DNA of 64,000 nucleotides from an uncultured Alphaproteobacteria bacterium (lineage in GTDB: Bacteria; Pseudomonadota; Alphaproteobacteria; Rhizobiales; Aestuariivirgaceae): contig CAVZHN010000015.1 in assembly GCA_963775095.1 (NCBI GenBank), positions 173,547 to 237,546 on the forward strand, given 5' to 3'. The notes beneath the pieces were generated by a model. The model saw nothing but the letters and a program-made list of their open reading frames with translations, did not search any database and was not told the origin of the DNA. Below are positions 1 through 13,501 of the stretch, one piece after another (the first letter of the stretch is position 1; every line of letters begins with the position of its first letter). The position numbers and the translations under genes are program-made.

Positions 1-134
1 CGGTCGTCCAACTGGCTGAGCTGACGCTCGGCGCGGCTCTTAACGAAGAAAGACCGCAACCGGCCCACCAGACCAGAGCTCATCTTCACGCCTTCGTTGC
101 GCACGGCTTCGCGGCCATAGGTAATCGTGGTCAT
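1..134 (-). CDS. DUF1127 (YjiS-like) small protein, runs off the window edge
   Basis: Manual translation MTTITYGREAVRNEGVKMSSGLVGRLRSFFVKSRAERQLSQLDDR; the R-xx-L-xx-LDDR motif is typical of DUF1127; AGGAGA RBS at 141-146. Confidence 0.8.
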   Translation of the reverse strand, partial: MTTITYGREAVRNEGVKMSSGLVGRLRSFFVKSRAERQLSQLDD

Positions 135-199
135 CGTCTTTCTCCTTCAATTCACTGTTGGGTCGCCCCCTCTTGGGTCGATCTTTCAGTCATGCCTTA

Positions 200-214
200 T
201 TGTGCAATGCACAA
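200..214. promoter_or_regulatory. 15-bp dyad TTGTGCAATGCACAA, PhaR-like operator candidate
   Basis: Perfect palindrome around a central A; fits the rhizobial PhaR consensus TGCRNYGCASMA; near-identical copy at 488-502. Confidence 0.45.
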
Positions 215-487
215 GTTCGATCCCGATATAGGGGCAGTTATATTGCAGTGCCAGAGGGCGAACAGCAGCGTTACTATGCAATCAGCGCATAGCTAAATTC
301 ATGTACCGTTAAGGCCTGAATGTCGCACAAGAAACTCAATAAAGCTGTGCAGAAATAGTCAACTACCTGGCAATGTCGGCCAGTATCTTGCCACGCTGCG
401 TGGGGCTGAACCCTAGCCAAATCGCCATGTAATGTCCCAAAAGCGACACTGTTTATGCAAGAATCACATGGAACAGCTGGTAAGAAA

Positions 488-502
488 TTGTGCAACGCAC
501 AA
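488..502. promoter_or_regulatory. Second copy of the dyad, TTGTGCAACGCACAA
   Basis: One mismatch to 200-214; immediately beyond the cspA terminator. Confidence 0.4.
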
Positions 503-529
503 ACAAAATGCCCGGCCAATGGCCGGGCA
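501..529 (-). terminator. Rho-independent terminator of cspA
   Basis: 9-bp stem TGCCCGGCC/GGCCGGGCA with 3-nt loop, followed on the minus strand by TTTTGTTT, about 27 nt after the cspA stop. Confidence 0.8.
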
Positions 530-555
530 CCGAGGTCGTCAGAAGTGGCTAGAAA

Positions 556-765
556 TCAAGCCGCCTGGAGATTGCCGGCCGAGCTCTTGCCCGTGCGCTT
601 GTCGGTTACGATCTCGAAGGAGATCTTCTGGCCTTCCTTCAGCGTGCGCATTCCGGCGCGCTCGACAGCGGAGATATGGACGAACACGTCCTTCTGACCA
701 TTGTCGGGCTGAATGAAACCATAGCCCTTCTGCTCGTTAAACCACTTCACAGTACCCGTATTCAT
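556..765 (-). CDS. cspA: Cold-shock protein
   Basis: 69 aa, [18 protein letters not shown] and [11 protein letters not shown] motifs. Confidence 0.97.
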   Translation of the reverse strand: MNTGTVKWFNEQKGYGFIQPDNGQKDVFVHISAVERAGMRTLKEGQKISFEIVTDKRTGKSSAGNLQAA

Positions 766-1030
766 GGGAAGTCCTTCAGTTGGGTTGTATCAAGACCGGC
801 CCATTTGCTCATCGCGCACACGCCGACCCACGGTCGATCATTGGAGGAGTCTTGCGTGTGGCACCCAACTGGGGAGCCCGCGGCCAATCTTCCGGCCCAA
901 GTGTCGATGGCGCCTATATGACGCACCCCGCCCTTTTTGGCAAGACCCCCGCTGACGGAGCGTCATCAAGCCGTTGCAGTGGCAACCAAAAAGGCGTTCC
1001 ATGGCGCCGCAATTCACTAGGAGGCAATGC

Positions 1031-2542
1031 ATGACCATGATCCGCAATTCCCTCGCAACTTTTGCTCTCGCAACTGCACTTGCCGCCGGCCCGGCCATGG
1101 CAGACACTGTCAACATCACGTTTCTGTTGACCAGCGACATCTACAATTTCGATGCCGACAAATCGGGCCGTGGCGGCTTCGCCCGGCTTAACGCGGTTGT
1201 GAAGGCCGAGCGCGCCAAGGGCGGCAACGTCGTCTACGTCAACGCTGGCGACATGATCTCGCCTTCGCTGCTCTCGGGTTTCGACCAGGGCGCCAACATG
1301 ACAGAACTGTCCAACATCGCCGCACCCGATTTCTTCGTGCCGGGCAATCACGAGTTCGATTTCGGACCCGACATCTTCAAGGCGCGAATGAAAGAACTGA
1401 AGTCAACGCTTCTTGCCGCCAACATGACAACGGCCGGTGGCACGGCGCCGGAAGGCTTTGCCGCTACCAAAGTCATGGAACTGGGGGGTGTTAAAGTGGG
1501 CTTCGTCGGCATCACCGCCGATGACACGCCCGCAGTGTCGAGTCCCGGCCCCGACTACAAGTTCCTGCCTTCCGTCGAAACCGCCATTGCTGCCGCCAAG
1601 GACCTGCGCAAAGCCGGAGCCGAATTGGTCGTGGGCGTGGTACAGACCGACCGCGTGCAGGATCAGCAATTGATCGACAGCCACGCCTTTGACGTGCTGC
1701 TTTCCGGCGACGATCATACCTTTGCCGCTTCCTTCGACGGCCGCACTGCCTTCGCCGAGTCGATGACCGAAGCCATCTACATCACCGCCGTCGACGTCGC
1801 CATCGACGTGCAGGAGAAAGACGGCAAACGCACCATCAGCTGGTTTCCCAACTTCCGGGTGATTGACTCGGCCACCGTGATGCCCGACCCCGAAAGCCAG
1901 AAACTCGTGGACCGCTTCAATGGCGAACTCTCGTCGCAGCTCGACGTGGTGATCGGCAAGACGTCGACCGCCCTCGACAGCCGCAAGGCTTCCGTGCGCA
2001 GCCAGGAAACTGCGATCGGCAACCTGATTGCCGATGCCTCGCGCGCTTCCGTATCAGCCGATATCGCCATCACCAATGGCGGCGGCATCCGCGGCAACAA
2101 GGAATATCCGGCCGGCAGCGATATCACCCGCCGCGACATCTTCACCGAACTGCCCTTCGGCAACAAGACCGTGAAGCTTGAAGTGACCGGCGAGACCATT
2201 TGGGCCGCCCTCGAAAGCGGCCTGAGCGAAGTCGAAAAAGGCGCCGGCCGCTTCCCGCAGGTCTCGGGGTTGGTGATCGAGGCCGACGTGACCAAGCCCG
2301 CGGGCAGCCGCGTCATCTCGGTGATGGTCAATGGCAAACCACTCGACAAGGCCGCCACCTATACCCTCGCCACCAATGACTACATGGCCGGCGGCGGCGA
2401 CGGCTACGTGGTGTTCAAGAGCGCCAAGGTGCTGGTCGAGGCGCTGAACGCCAAGCTCCTGGCCGTCGAGGTCATGGACTACATCGCTGCCAAGAAGGAA
2501 GTGGCTCCGGCCATCGAAGGGCGCATCAAAATCAAGATGTAA
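1031..2542 (+). CDS. Periplasmic bifunctional metallophosphatase / 5'-nucleotidase
   Basis: Signal peptide, AGDMISPS and GNHEFD metallophosphoesterase motifs, C-terminal NGGGIR / LPFGN / GRFPQVSG / NDYMAGGGDGY domain; start chosen at the ATG after GGAGG. Confidence 0.92.
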   Translation: MTMIRNSLATFALATALAAGPAMADTVNITFLLTSDIYNFDADKSGRGGFARLNAVVKAERAKGGNVVYVNAGDMISPSLLSGFDQGANMTELSNIAAPDFFVPGNHEFDFGPDIFKARMKELKSTLLAANMTTAGGTAPEGFAATKVMELGGVKVGFVGITADDTPAVSSPGPDYKFLPSVETAIAAAKDLRKAGAELVVGVVQTDRVQDQQLIDSHAFDVLLSGDDHTFAASFDGRTAFAESMTEAIYITAVDVAIDVQEKDGKRTISWFPNFRVIDSATVMPDPESQKLVDRFNGELSSQLDVVIGKTSTALDSRKASVRSQETAIGNLIADASRASVSADIAITNGGGIRGNKEYPAGSDITRRDIFTELPFGNKTVKLEVTGETIWAALESGLSEVEKGAGRFPQVSGLVIEADVTKPAGSRVISVMVNGKPLDKAATYTLATNDYMAGGGDGYVVFKSAKVLVEALNAKLLAVEVMDYIAAKKEVAPAIEGRIKIKM

Positions 2543-2548
2543 CTTTAG

Positions 2549-2603
2549 CATCCCTCCTCGCTTGGCGGAGAAGGGTGCCTTGCGAAGCAAGGCAGGTGGG
2601 GAC
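2549..2603. repeat. Degenerate rhizobial intergenic palindromic repeat (CCCTCC...GGAGAAGGG / GCGAAGC...GGTGGGG type)
   Basis: Two short hairpins (ccctcctcgc-ggcggagaaggg; tgccttgc-gaa-gcaaggca) in a 73-bp intergenic gap. Confidence 0.4.
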
Positions 2604-2615
2604 TAGAAGGCAAGG

Positions 2616-4409
2616 ATGATCCAGAAAAGAGCCGTCTCCGCCTCACCCCTCGCACTCCTCCGCGCCGAACTGAAGAAGCGCAAACTCGCTGGCTTCATTG
2701 TTCCCCGCCAGGATGAATTCCAGGGCGAATACGTGGCGGCCTATGCCGAACGCCTGAAATGGCTGACCGGTTTTGCCGGCTCATGGGGCATGGCCATCGT
2801 GGCAGCCAAGAAGGCGGCCATCTTTGTCGATGGCCGCTACACCATTCAGGTGCGCCAGCAGGTCAATGTGAAGGACTTCGAACCGCAACACCTGACTGAG
2901 CAACCACCCACTGCCTGGATCGCCAAGACCTTCAAGAAGGGCGATGCCCTCGGATTTGATCCCTGGCTGATGTCCGCCAACGAAACCAAGCGCCTTTCCG
3001 AGGCCTGCGCCAAAGTGGGCGCGAAATTCGTGGCCGTTGCTTCCAACCCTGTCGACGCCGTTTGGCAGGGCCAACCGCAGCGGCCAACGGCCGCCATCAC
3101 CGTACAGCCCACTCAATTCGCCGGTCGTAGTGCCGCTGACAAGCTGAAGGATATGTCAAAGACGATGGCGCCGCACGACGCCGTTGTGCTGACGCAACCG
3201 GATTCGGTCGCCTGGATATTCAACCTGCGTGGCTTCGACGTGCCCTACACGCCGGTGGTTTGCGCCTATGCAATCCTGCACAGGAAGGGCAAGGCAGATC
3301 TGTTCATCGATGCCAGCAAGGTGCCCGAGGATGTGCGCGACCACCTGAAGCGCATCGCCGTCGTGCGAAAGCCTGCGGACATTGCCGCAACACTGAAGGC
3401 ACTCGGCAAGAAGAAGTCTTCAGTGTTGCTTGATCCGGGGTCGGCACCGGAGGCCATTCGCGCCGCGCTGACGAAGTCCGGCGCGAAAATCTTGACGGGC
3501 TCCGACCCCTGCGTGTTGCCCAAGGCCCGCAAGAACAGTGTCGAGCAGGAAGGCGCCCGTGCTGCCCAGCGCCGCGATGGCGCAGCCGTTTCGCGTTTCC
3601 TGCATTGGCTTGAAGGCGAAGCGCCAAAGGGCGCGTTGACTGAAATGAAAGTGGCGGACAAGCTTGAGGCCTTCCGCCAGGAAACCGGCCAGCTCCTCGA
3701 TCTTTCCTTTGACACGATTTCGGCGGCCGGCCCCCATGCGGCGATCCCACATTACAGCGTGTCGCAAGAGTCGAGCCTGCCGCTTGAACTCAACCGAATC
3801 TTCCTTGTCGATTCCGGCGCGCAGTATCAGGATGGCACCACCGACATCACCCGCACGGTGATCGTCGGTCAGCCCACGGATGAAATGTGTGACCGCTTCA
3901 CCCGTGTGCTGAAAGGCATGATCGGCATTTCGCGCCTGCGCTTTCCCAAGGGCACCTGCGGTTCGCAAATTGATGTGCTGGCCAGGCAGCACCTGTGGGC
4001 GGCAAGCCTCGACTATGATCACGGCACCGGCCATGGCGTCGGCTCATATCTGTCGGTGCACGAGGGCCCTGCCCGCATCAACAAGCTGGACCGCACGCCA
4101 CTTGAAGCCGGCATGATCCTCTCCAACGAACCGGGCTACTACAAGCAGGACGATTTCGGCATCCGCATCGAGAACCTCCTGTTGGTCCACGAAGCCAAGG
4201 CGATCGCTGGCGGCGACCGCCCGATGCTGGGCTTCGAAACCCTGACGCTCGCTCCTATTGAGCGCCGCCTGATCAACCGCCACCTGCTGACCAAGGACGA
4301 GGTGATCTGGATCGATGCCTACCACGCCCGCGTGCGCGATGAAGTGGGTAATCTGCTGAACGGCGAGGACCTGGCATGGCTGAAGAAGGTGTGCGCGGCA
4401 ATTGAGTGA
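2616..4409 (+). CDS. Aminopeptidase P family (Xaa-Pro aminopeptidase, M24B)
   Basis: 597 aa; DSGAQYQDGTTDITRT, HGTGHGVGSYLSVHEGP, EPGYY and GIRIEN metal-ligand motifs. Confidence 0.95.
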   Translation: MIQKRAVSASPLALLRAELKKRKLAGFIVPRQDEFQGEYVAAYAERLKWLTGFAGSWGMAIVAAKKAAIFVDGRYTIQVRQQVNVKDFEPQHLTEQPPTAWIAKTFKKGDALGFDPWLMSANETKRLSEACAKVGAKFVAVASNPVDAVWQGQPQRPTAAITVQPTQFAGRSAADKLKDMSKTMAPHDAVVLTQPDSVAWIFNLRGFDVPYTPVVCAYAILHRKGKADLFIDASKVPEDVRDHLKRIAVVRKPADIAATLKALGKKKSSVLLDPGSAPEAIRAALTKSGAKILTGSDPCVLPKARKNSVEQEGARAAQRRDGAAVSRFLHWLEGEAPKGALTEMKVADKLEAFRQETGQLLDLSFDTISAAGPHAAIPHYSVSQESSLPLELNRIFLVDSGAQYQDGTTDITRTVIVGQPTDEMCDRFTRVLKGMIGISRLRFPKGTCGSQIDVLARQHLWAASLDYDHGTGHGVGSYLSVHEGPARINKLDRTPLEAGMILSNEPGYYKQDDFGIRIENLLLVHEAKAIAGGDRPMLGFETLTLAPIERRLINRHLLTKDEVIWIDAYHARVRDEVGNLLNGEDLAWLKKVCAAIE

Positions 4410-4430
4410 AGGCGATGCAATCGATAAGCT

Positions 4431-4521
4431 GGCATCGCTGGGCTTGCTCGGGACCTCATTGATCAATAAGGGCATGTCCTCAGAACCTGACAAGGGTCGC
4501 CGGAACAAGTCCGGCGAAGAC
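4431..4521. repeat. Degenerate REP-like doublet between convergent genes
   Basis: Right arm GGGTCGCCGGAACAAGTCCGGCGAAGAC (4494-4521) and decayed inverted left arm (about 4431-4458), resembling alphaproteobacterial GTCATCGCCGGACTTGATCCGGCGACCC repeats. Confidence 0.5.
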
Positions 4522-4554
4522 AGTTGAGGAGGCTGTGTCGCGCAAGGGCCCTGA

Positions 4555-8332
<3,778 letters not shown>

Positions 8333-8460
8333 GCACCAACTCTATAGCGAACAAAACCAGAATCAAGCCAGAGCAAAGAGGCGCTTCGAGGCCCTGCTGC
8401 GCAGGGCACCTCGGCGTGAGGGGCATCCCCTGAGGCGCGAGCGGCGCGAGCCTCGAAGAG

Positions 8461-9399
8461 TTACAGCGGCTCCAGCGGGTTGAGCGAGCTGAAGGCCCGG
8501 CTGATCCAGCTCGACTGGTTTTCCAGGGGCGCCTGGCCATCGCTCGACACCAGCGTGTAGGCGTCCTTGTACCATTGGCTGTCCGGGAAATTGTGCCCGA
8601 GGACGGCAGCCGCGGTCTGCGCCTCCGAAGTAACTCCCAGCGCCATGTAACCCTCTGCGAGACGATACAGCGCTTCCGGCACCTGTGCCGTGGTCTGGTA
8701 GTCGGTGACGACGGTCTTGAACCGGTTAATACCTGAAAGGTATGAGCCGTGGTTCAGATAATAGCGGCCAACGTCCATTTCCTTGGCAGCGAGGTGATCG
8801 CGGGCCAATTGCGCGCGCTGCGAAGCATCGGCAGCATAGGGACTGTCTGGAAAACGCCGCTGCATTTCTTCGAGGCTTTCCAGGGCTTGCCGCGTGCGCG
8901 TCTGGTCGCGCTGCACATCCTTTATCTGTTCGTAGTTCGACAATGCCACCAGATAATACGCATACGGAGCATCCTTGCCCGCCGGATGCAGCGTGATGTA
9001 GCGGTTGGCGGCATTGATCGAGTCGTCATAGTCGTTGCGCTGATAGAAGGCATAGGCCTGCATGACGATCGATTTCGTAGCCCACTTCGAATAGGGATAC
9101 TGTCGCTCTACTTCGGAAAAGTTCTTGGCCGCCGACTTGTACGACCCCGACTGCAAGTCAGCGAGCCCGCGATTGTAAAGCGTCGCCACCGGATCAGTCT
9201 GATTGGCGGCAATCATTTCCGGCGTAAGCGCATTGCCCTGGGAATCGGTCGTCGCCGTCGCCGCCGATGTTGAGGTTTCGCTACCGCCGTCAAGCAGGTT
9301 GGACATCTTCGAGCAGCCGCCGAGTGCCAGGCAAAAACATGCCATTACACCCAAGGCGCGCAGCCTTTTTGCCTGACCAGCCATTGCCGTTATCAACAC
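8461..9399 (-). CDS. bamD: Outer membrane protein assembly lipoprotein BamD (ComL)
   Basis: Lipobox LALGGC, TPR repeats, FPDSPYA, HLAAKEMDVGRYY, ALYRLAEGYMALG; conserved position before recN; start may be 9384. Confidence 0.95.
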   Translation of the reverse strand: MLITAMAGQAKRLRALGVMACFCLALGGCSKMSNLLDGGSETSTSAATATTDSQGNALTPEMIAANQTDPVATLYNRGLADLQSGSYKSAAKNFSEVERQYPYSKWATKSIVMQAYAFYQRNDYDDSINAANRYITLHPAGKDAPYAYYLVALSNYEQIKDVQRDQTRTRQALESLEEMQRRFPDSPYAADASQRAQLARDHLAAKEMDVGRYYLNHGSYLSGINRFKTVVTDYQTTAQVPEALYRLAEGYMALGVTSEAQTAAAVLGHNFPDSQWYKDAYTLVSSDGQAPLENQSSWISRAFSSLNPLEPL

Positions 9400-9545
9400 C
9401 GAACTACCCTATTCCCACGCCCACGAGTTCACTACCTCATAACAAGAAGGGCGCCAAACCGCCAGCACCCGGGAGTGTGTCGTTTAAGGCGTCAAACCCG
9501 GCGGAAGTGTGACCGCCGGGTTCCTAGATAGAGTTGCAATTTCAA

Positions 9546-11075
9546 TTAGTTGGCTTGGCGCCGCAAGAACGCGGGAATTTCCAGCTGGTCATCGTCATAT
9601 GACGGTTCCGGAGCCGGTTGCGGCGGTTGCATGCGCGGCTGGTGCGCCGGCGCCTGGCGCTGTGGTGCAGCCATCTGCGGCTCGCGCTGCGGCGCAGCCG
9701 CGGTTTCTTCCCGGCGGCCGAGGCCGACCGAAGCAAGGCGCTCGAAAAGCCCCTTCTTCTTGCGCGCCGCATGCTCGGCAATGTTTTCGATGCGGGTCTG
9801 CTGCTCGGCGATCTGGCGCTGGGCAATCGGCGGGAACTCTTCAATGGAAGGAATGCGAGGCGCCATGCGCTGTGCTGCCGGCCGCTGTTGCACCGGAGCG
9901 GTTGCAGCGTGCTCCTCATCGCTGATTTCCTCTTCAGCGGAAACGGTTTGCTGAACCACCGGCTGATGCTGCGCGTTGGCCCGCGCGGCCATCGGCGCGG
10001 GCTTCTTCACCGGAATTGTCTGTTTGCCGGTGAAGCCGAACACCGGGCGGTTGGGGACCTGCACTTCCTCGACAGCTTCGGCCTCGTCGGTCTTCGCGCC
10101 TTTGAGCGCTTCGATCGACAATCCCGTGGCGACGACCGATACGCGCATTGTGCCTTCCAGCGCATCATCGAAGGTCGCACCGAGAATGATATTGGCCTCC
10201 GGATCCACTTCCTCGCGGATGCGGGTTGCCGCTTCATCTACTTCATACAGGGTCAGGTCCGGACCACCGGTGATCGAAATCAGCAGTCCACGAGCGCCGC
10301 GCATCGACACGTCATCAAGAAGCGGATTGGAGATGGCAGCCTCTGCCGCCTCAATGGCCCGCTTTTCACCGGAAGCCTCGCCGGTGCCCATCATCGCCTT
10401 GCCCATCTCGCTCATGATGGCGCGGACGTCCGCAAAGTCGAGATTGATTAATCCTTCCTTGGTCATCAACTCGGTAATCGAAGCGACACCCGAATAGAGT
10501 ACCTGGTCGGCCATCGCGAAGGCCGCCGCGAATGTCGTCTTTTCATTGGCGACGCGAAACAGGTTCTGGTTGGGAATGACGATCAGGGTGTCCACGTGCT
10601 TGGCGAGCAGCTCAATGCCGCGCTCCGCCGTCTGCATGCGCCTGACACCTTCGAAGTGGAACGGTTTGGTGACCACGCCAACTGTCAGAATACCCTGTTC
10701 CTTGGCGGCCCGCGCGATAACCGGCGCTGCCCCCGTGCCCGTGCCGCCGCCCATGCCGGCAGTGATGAAGGCCATATGGGCGCCTGCCAGATGGTCAAGA
10801 ATTTCCGGAAGCGCTTCTTCTGCAGCCGCAGCGCCAATCTGCGGCTGCGAACCCGCACCCAGTCCTTGCGTCAGCGCCGTACCCATCTGCACCCGGCGTT
10901 GCGCCGCGTTCTGGATCAGTGCCTGCGCGTCGGTGTTGGCGACGACGAACTCGACCCCTTCCAGGCGGCTTTCGATCATGTTGTTGACGGCATTGCCGCC
11001 TGCCCCGCCCACCCCAAACACGGTGATTCGCGGCTTGAGATCGGAGAGGTCTGGAACTGAAAGTTTGATTGTCAT
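9546..11075 (-). CDS. ftsZ: Cell division protein FtsZ (long-linker alphaproteobacterial type)
   Basis: [29 protein letters not shown]-terminal [12 protein letters not shown]. Confidence 0.99.
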   Translation of the reverse strand: MTIKLSVPDLSDLKPRITVFGVGGAGGNAVNNMIESRLEGVEFVVANTDAQALIQNAAQRRVQMGTALTQGLGAGSQPQIGAAAAEEALPEILDHLAGAHMAFITAGMGGGTGTGAAPVIARAAKEQGILTVGVVTKPFHFEGVRRMQTAERGIELLAKHVDTLIVIPNQNLFRVANEKTTFAAAFAMADQVLYSGVASITELMTKEGLINLDFADVRAIMSEMGKAMMGTGEASGEKRAIEAAEAAISNPLLDDVSMRGARGLLISITGGPDLTLYEVDEAATRIREEVDPEANIILGATFDDALEGTMRVSVVATGLSIEALKGAKTDEAEAVEEVQVPNRPVFGFTGKQTIPVKKPAPMAARANAQHQPVVQQTVSAEEEISDEEHAATAPVQQRPAAQRMAPRIPSIEEFPPIAQRQIAEQQTRIENIAEHAARKKKGLFERLASVGLGRREETAAAPQREPQMAAPQRQAPAHQPRMQPPQPAPEPSYDDDQLEIPAFLRRQAN

Positions 11076-11126
11076 GATTGGCGCCCGGTCGTTGATTTGC
11101 CGCCCTCCATGTTTCTTACCCAAACC

Positions 11127-11142
11127 ATAACAAATGGTTAAC
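11127..11142. promoter_or_regulatory. CtrA-like box upstream of ftsZ
   Basis: ATAA-CAAATGG-TTAAC, one mismatch to TTAA-N7-TTAAC, 52-67 bp upstream of the ftsZ start. Confidence 0.6.
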
Positions 11143-11302
11143 GAGTGCTAACCATGGCGGGGAAAAAGCGAATCAATTTGCTCCGGAACGACTCAAGATT
11201 AACAGCTTTGGGAAACCATGGCGTCGCGCAACGGAAAACGGCAGCAGGGGCCTCCCCCGCTGCCGTCCCCAGGCGCGTCCCCGCAAAGTGCAGGTCCGCC
11301 GC

Positions 11303-12628
11303 TTAGAAGCTCTCCGCGATCCACCGCCCCATTTTTCGCACATAGGAAAGCTGGGCGGCTTCGTTGACCAGTGTCTTCTCCCTGGGCAGCGCATATTGTA
11401 TGTCGGGGTTCAGCCCATGGTTGAGCAGCCCGGCGCACACCGCGAAACCCGCCGCCTGTGCGGCTTCCGGCATGCCGGAAATCAGATTGGGAAGTCCCAT
11501 GCGCACCTGCCGGTCTAGCCAATGGCTGGCAACTTCGCGTACCCCGTTCAATTGCGAGGCGCCGCCCGTCAGCACCACCCGCCGGCCCGCCAAATGCGCA
11601 GCACCGCAGGCTTCAAGCTTATCGCGCAGCATTTCGAATATCTCTTCGACACGCGGCCGGATGATGCCGGTGAGCATCGACTTCGGTACCTTCTGCACCG
11701 TGTCGACGCCACGCTCGCCAAGCAGCGGCACGGCAATGACTTCGCGTTCGTCGATTTGCGAGGCAAGTGCTGAGCCCCACAGGGTCTTCATGCGCTCCGC
11801 ATGGGCAATGGTCGTCGATAACCCGCGGGCGATATCGTTGGTGATATGCTGGCCCCCCAGGGGAATGATATCAGCATGGACCAGGTGGCTCTCGCTGAAG
11901 ATCGCAAAACTGGTGGTGGCGCCACCCATGTCGATCAGCGTGATGCCGAGTGCCCTCTCGTCATCGGCCAGCACCGATTTTGCTGCGGCGTATGGCGCTA
12001 CCACAAATCCTGCCGCCGACAGATGCGCCCGCGAAACCGCCAGCGAAAGATTGTTGAGGTGGGACGGTTCAACCGTCACAACACCAAGGTCAACCCCGAT
12101 CTCCTCGCCATACATGCCGAGCGGTTCTTTGATGCCGCGCACTTCGTCGAGATGGTAGTGAACCGGCGCTAGATGCAGCACAACCCGCCGTCCCGGGTCG
12201 ACGCCTTCAAGTGCCCCGTTTAACACGTTGTCCATATCCCGCGGTGAAACTTGACCGGTCTGGGTCTTGATTTTCGCGCTATGCAGCCGTGATTGCGGGC
12301 GGCCGCCGGATACGTTCACATAGACTTCGCTGATGGTGCGCTGGGCCATGCGCTCGGCCGCATCGACAGCCACTCGGATGGCGCGTTCCGCCTCATCGAC
12401 ATTGACAATGGCCCCGCCACGCACGCCGCGCGACAGTTGATGGCCAAATCCCAGGACCCGAAGGCCATTCTGGTCCTGGCCTTCCGCATTGCGATGTTTC
12501 GGCGGCTGCACTTCGGCAATCAGGCAGCTAATCTTGGTCGAGCCAACGTCAAGCGCCGCGACCACCGCCCCTTTGGGCGCCAGCGGCGCGCGGCCCTGTG
12601 GCCTTCCATGCAAAGGCACTACACCCAT
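11303..12628 (-). CDS. ftsA: Cell division protein FtsA
   Basis: ALDVGSTKISCLI, IDMGGATT, GGQHITNDIA, VLTGGASQL actin-fold motifs. Confidence 0.98.
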   Translation of the reverse strand: MGVVPLHGRPQGRAPLAPKGAVVAALDVGSTKISCLIAEVQPPKHRNAEGQDQNGLRVLGFGHQLSRGVRGGAIVNVDEAERAIRVAVDAAERMAQRTISEVYVNVSGGRPQSRLHSAKIKTQTGQVSPRDMDNVLNGALEGVDPGRRVVLHLAPVHYHLDEVRGIKEPLGMYGEEIGVDLGVVTVEPSHLNNLSLAVSRAHLSAAGFVVAPYAAAKSVLADDERALGITLIDMGGATTSFAIFSESHLVHADIIPLGGQHITNDIARGLSTTIAHAERMKTLWGSALASQIDEREVIAVPLLGERGVDTVQKVPKSMLTGIIRPRVEEIFEMLRDKLEACGAAHLAGRRVVLTGGASQLNGVREVASHWLDRQVRMGLPNLISGMPEAAQAAGFAVCAGLLNHGLNPDIQYALPREKTLVNEAAQLSYVRKMGRWIAESF

Positions 12629-12643
12629 ACCCTACCCCACACA

Positions 12644-13501
12644 CTACTGGGCCTTGAGCTTCTTTGCCCCGCCCGCGCTTTCCTTCACCTCTTCGACTTC
12701 AGCCATGGCAACCGATATGCGGTCCTTTAGCCTCAGGTCGACGGCGGTAATCCCCTTCGAAAACAGCTTTTGGCTGCGGTCGAGTTCGGCGGCCTTTGCC
12801 AGCGCTTCAGCCACCCCCTCTTCCGGCAACAACAGCTTCACCCCATTGTCGAGGTAGAGGGTCCAGCGCCGGTCACCCACCCGTGCCGCCGCCTTCACCT
12901 GCAACATTAGTTCAGGTAAGGCTTCCAGATGGTTAACGAGCTCGGCCGCCGCCAACTGGGCGCCCTCGCCGGAAACCAGGGGCAGTTTGGTCATCAGGCT
13001 GGCCGGCAGCGTGCTCATGGCAGCCCCTGACCGGTCGATCACGTAGTAGTTGGCGCCGCGCTGCCAGACGGCAAACGGTTCACGCTCGACTACTGATATC
13101 TCCAGTTGATTTGGAAAAAGCCGCTGCACCTTGGCAGCCGACACCCAGTCGAGGTTTTCCAGGAGCTGCTTTGCCTCAGTGGCGTCGAAGCCGATCAGCG
13201 AGCCGCCGGGCGAAACGCCGATAGCTTTCAAAACCGTCTCGGCGTCCTGATGCACCAAGCCATCGATCTTGATGTCCTCTGCCGCCATGCCAGTCAGGCC
13301 CGCGAGTTTCCCCGGCAATCGCCCAAATGGGCTGCCGTCATAGTCGAGATAGCCGCCCATGACCACGCCGCGGGCAACCGCTGCGAACAGGAACACGACC
13401 GCCGCCAGGCGGGTCGCGAAGCGCCAACGCAGACGGTTGCCCTGCGACAGAAAATTCTGCAGGCGCCTGCTGTTTCCCGATCTCGTGGAGAAAGTCCTCA
13501 T
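12644..13501 (-). CDS. ftsQ: Cell division protein FtsQ
   Basis: Single TM, POTRA domain (LDWVSAAKVQRLFPNQLEISVVER), RVGDRRW, VDLRLKDR; between ddl and ftsA. Confidence 0.95.
   Translation of the reverse strand: MRTFSTRSGNSRRLQNFLSQGNRLRWRFATRLAAVVFLFAAVARGVVMGGYLDYDGSPFGRLPGKLAGLTGMAAEDIKIDGLVHQDAETVLKAIGVSPGGSLIGFDATEAKQLLENLDWVSAAKVQRLFPNQLEISVVEREPFAVWQRGANYYVIDRSGAAMSTLPASLMTKLPLVSGEGAQLAAAELVNHLEALPELMLQVKAAARVGDRRWTLYLDNGVKLLLPEEGVAEALAKAAELDRSQKLFSKGITAVDLRLKDRISVAMAEVEEVKESAGGAKKLKAQ

Noticed and set aside
274-519. 81-aa ORF in the cspA-DUF1127 gap
   Set aside because: Spans the cspA terminator and regulatory dyads; atypical codon usage; no RBS
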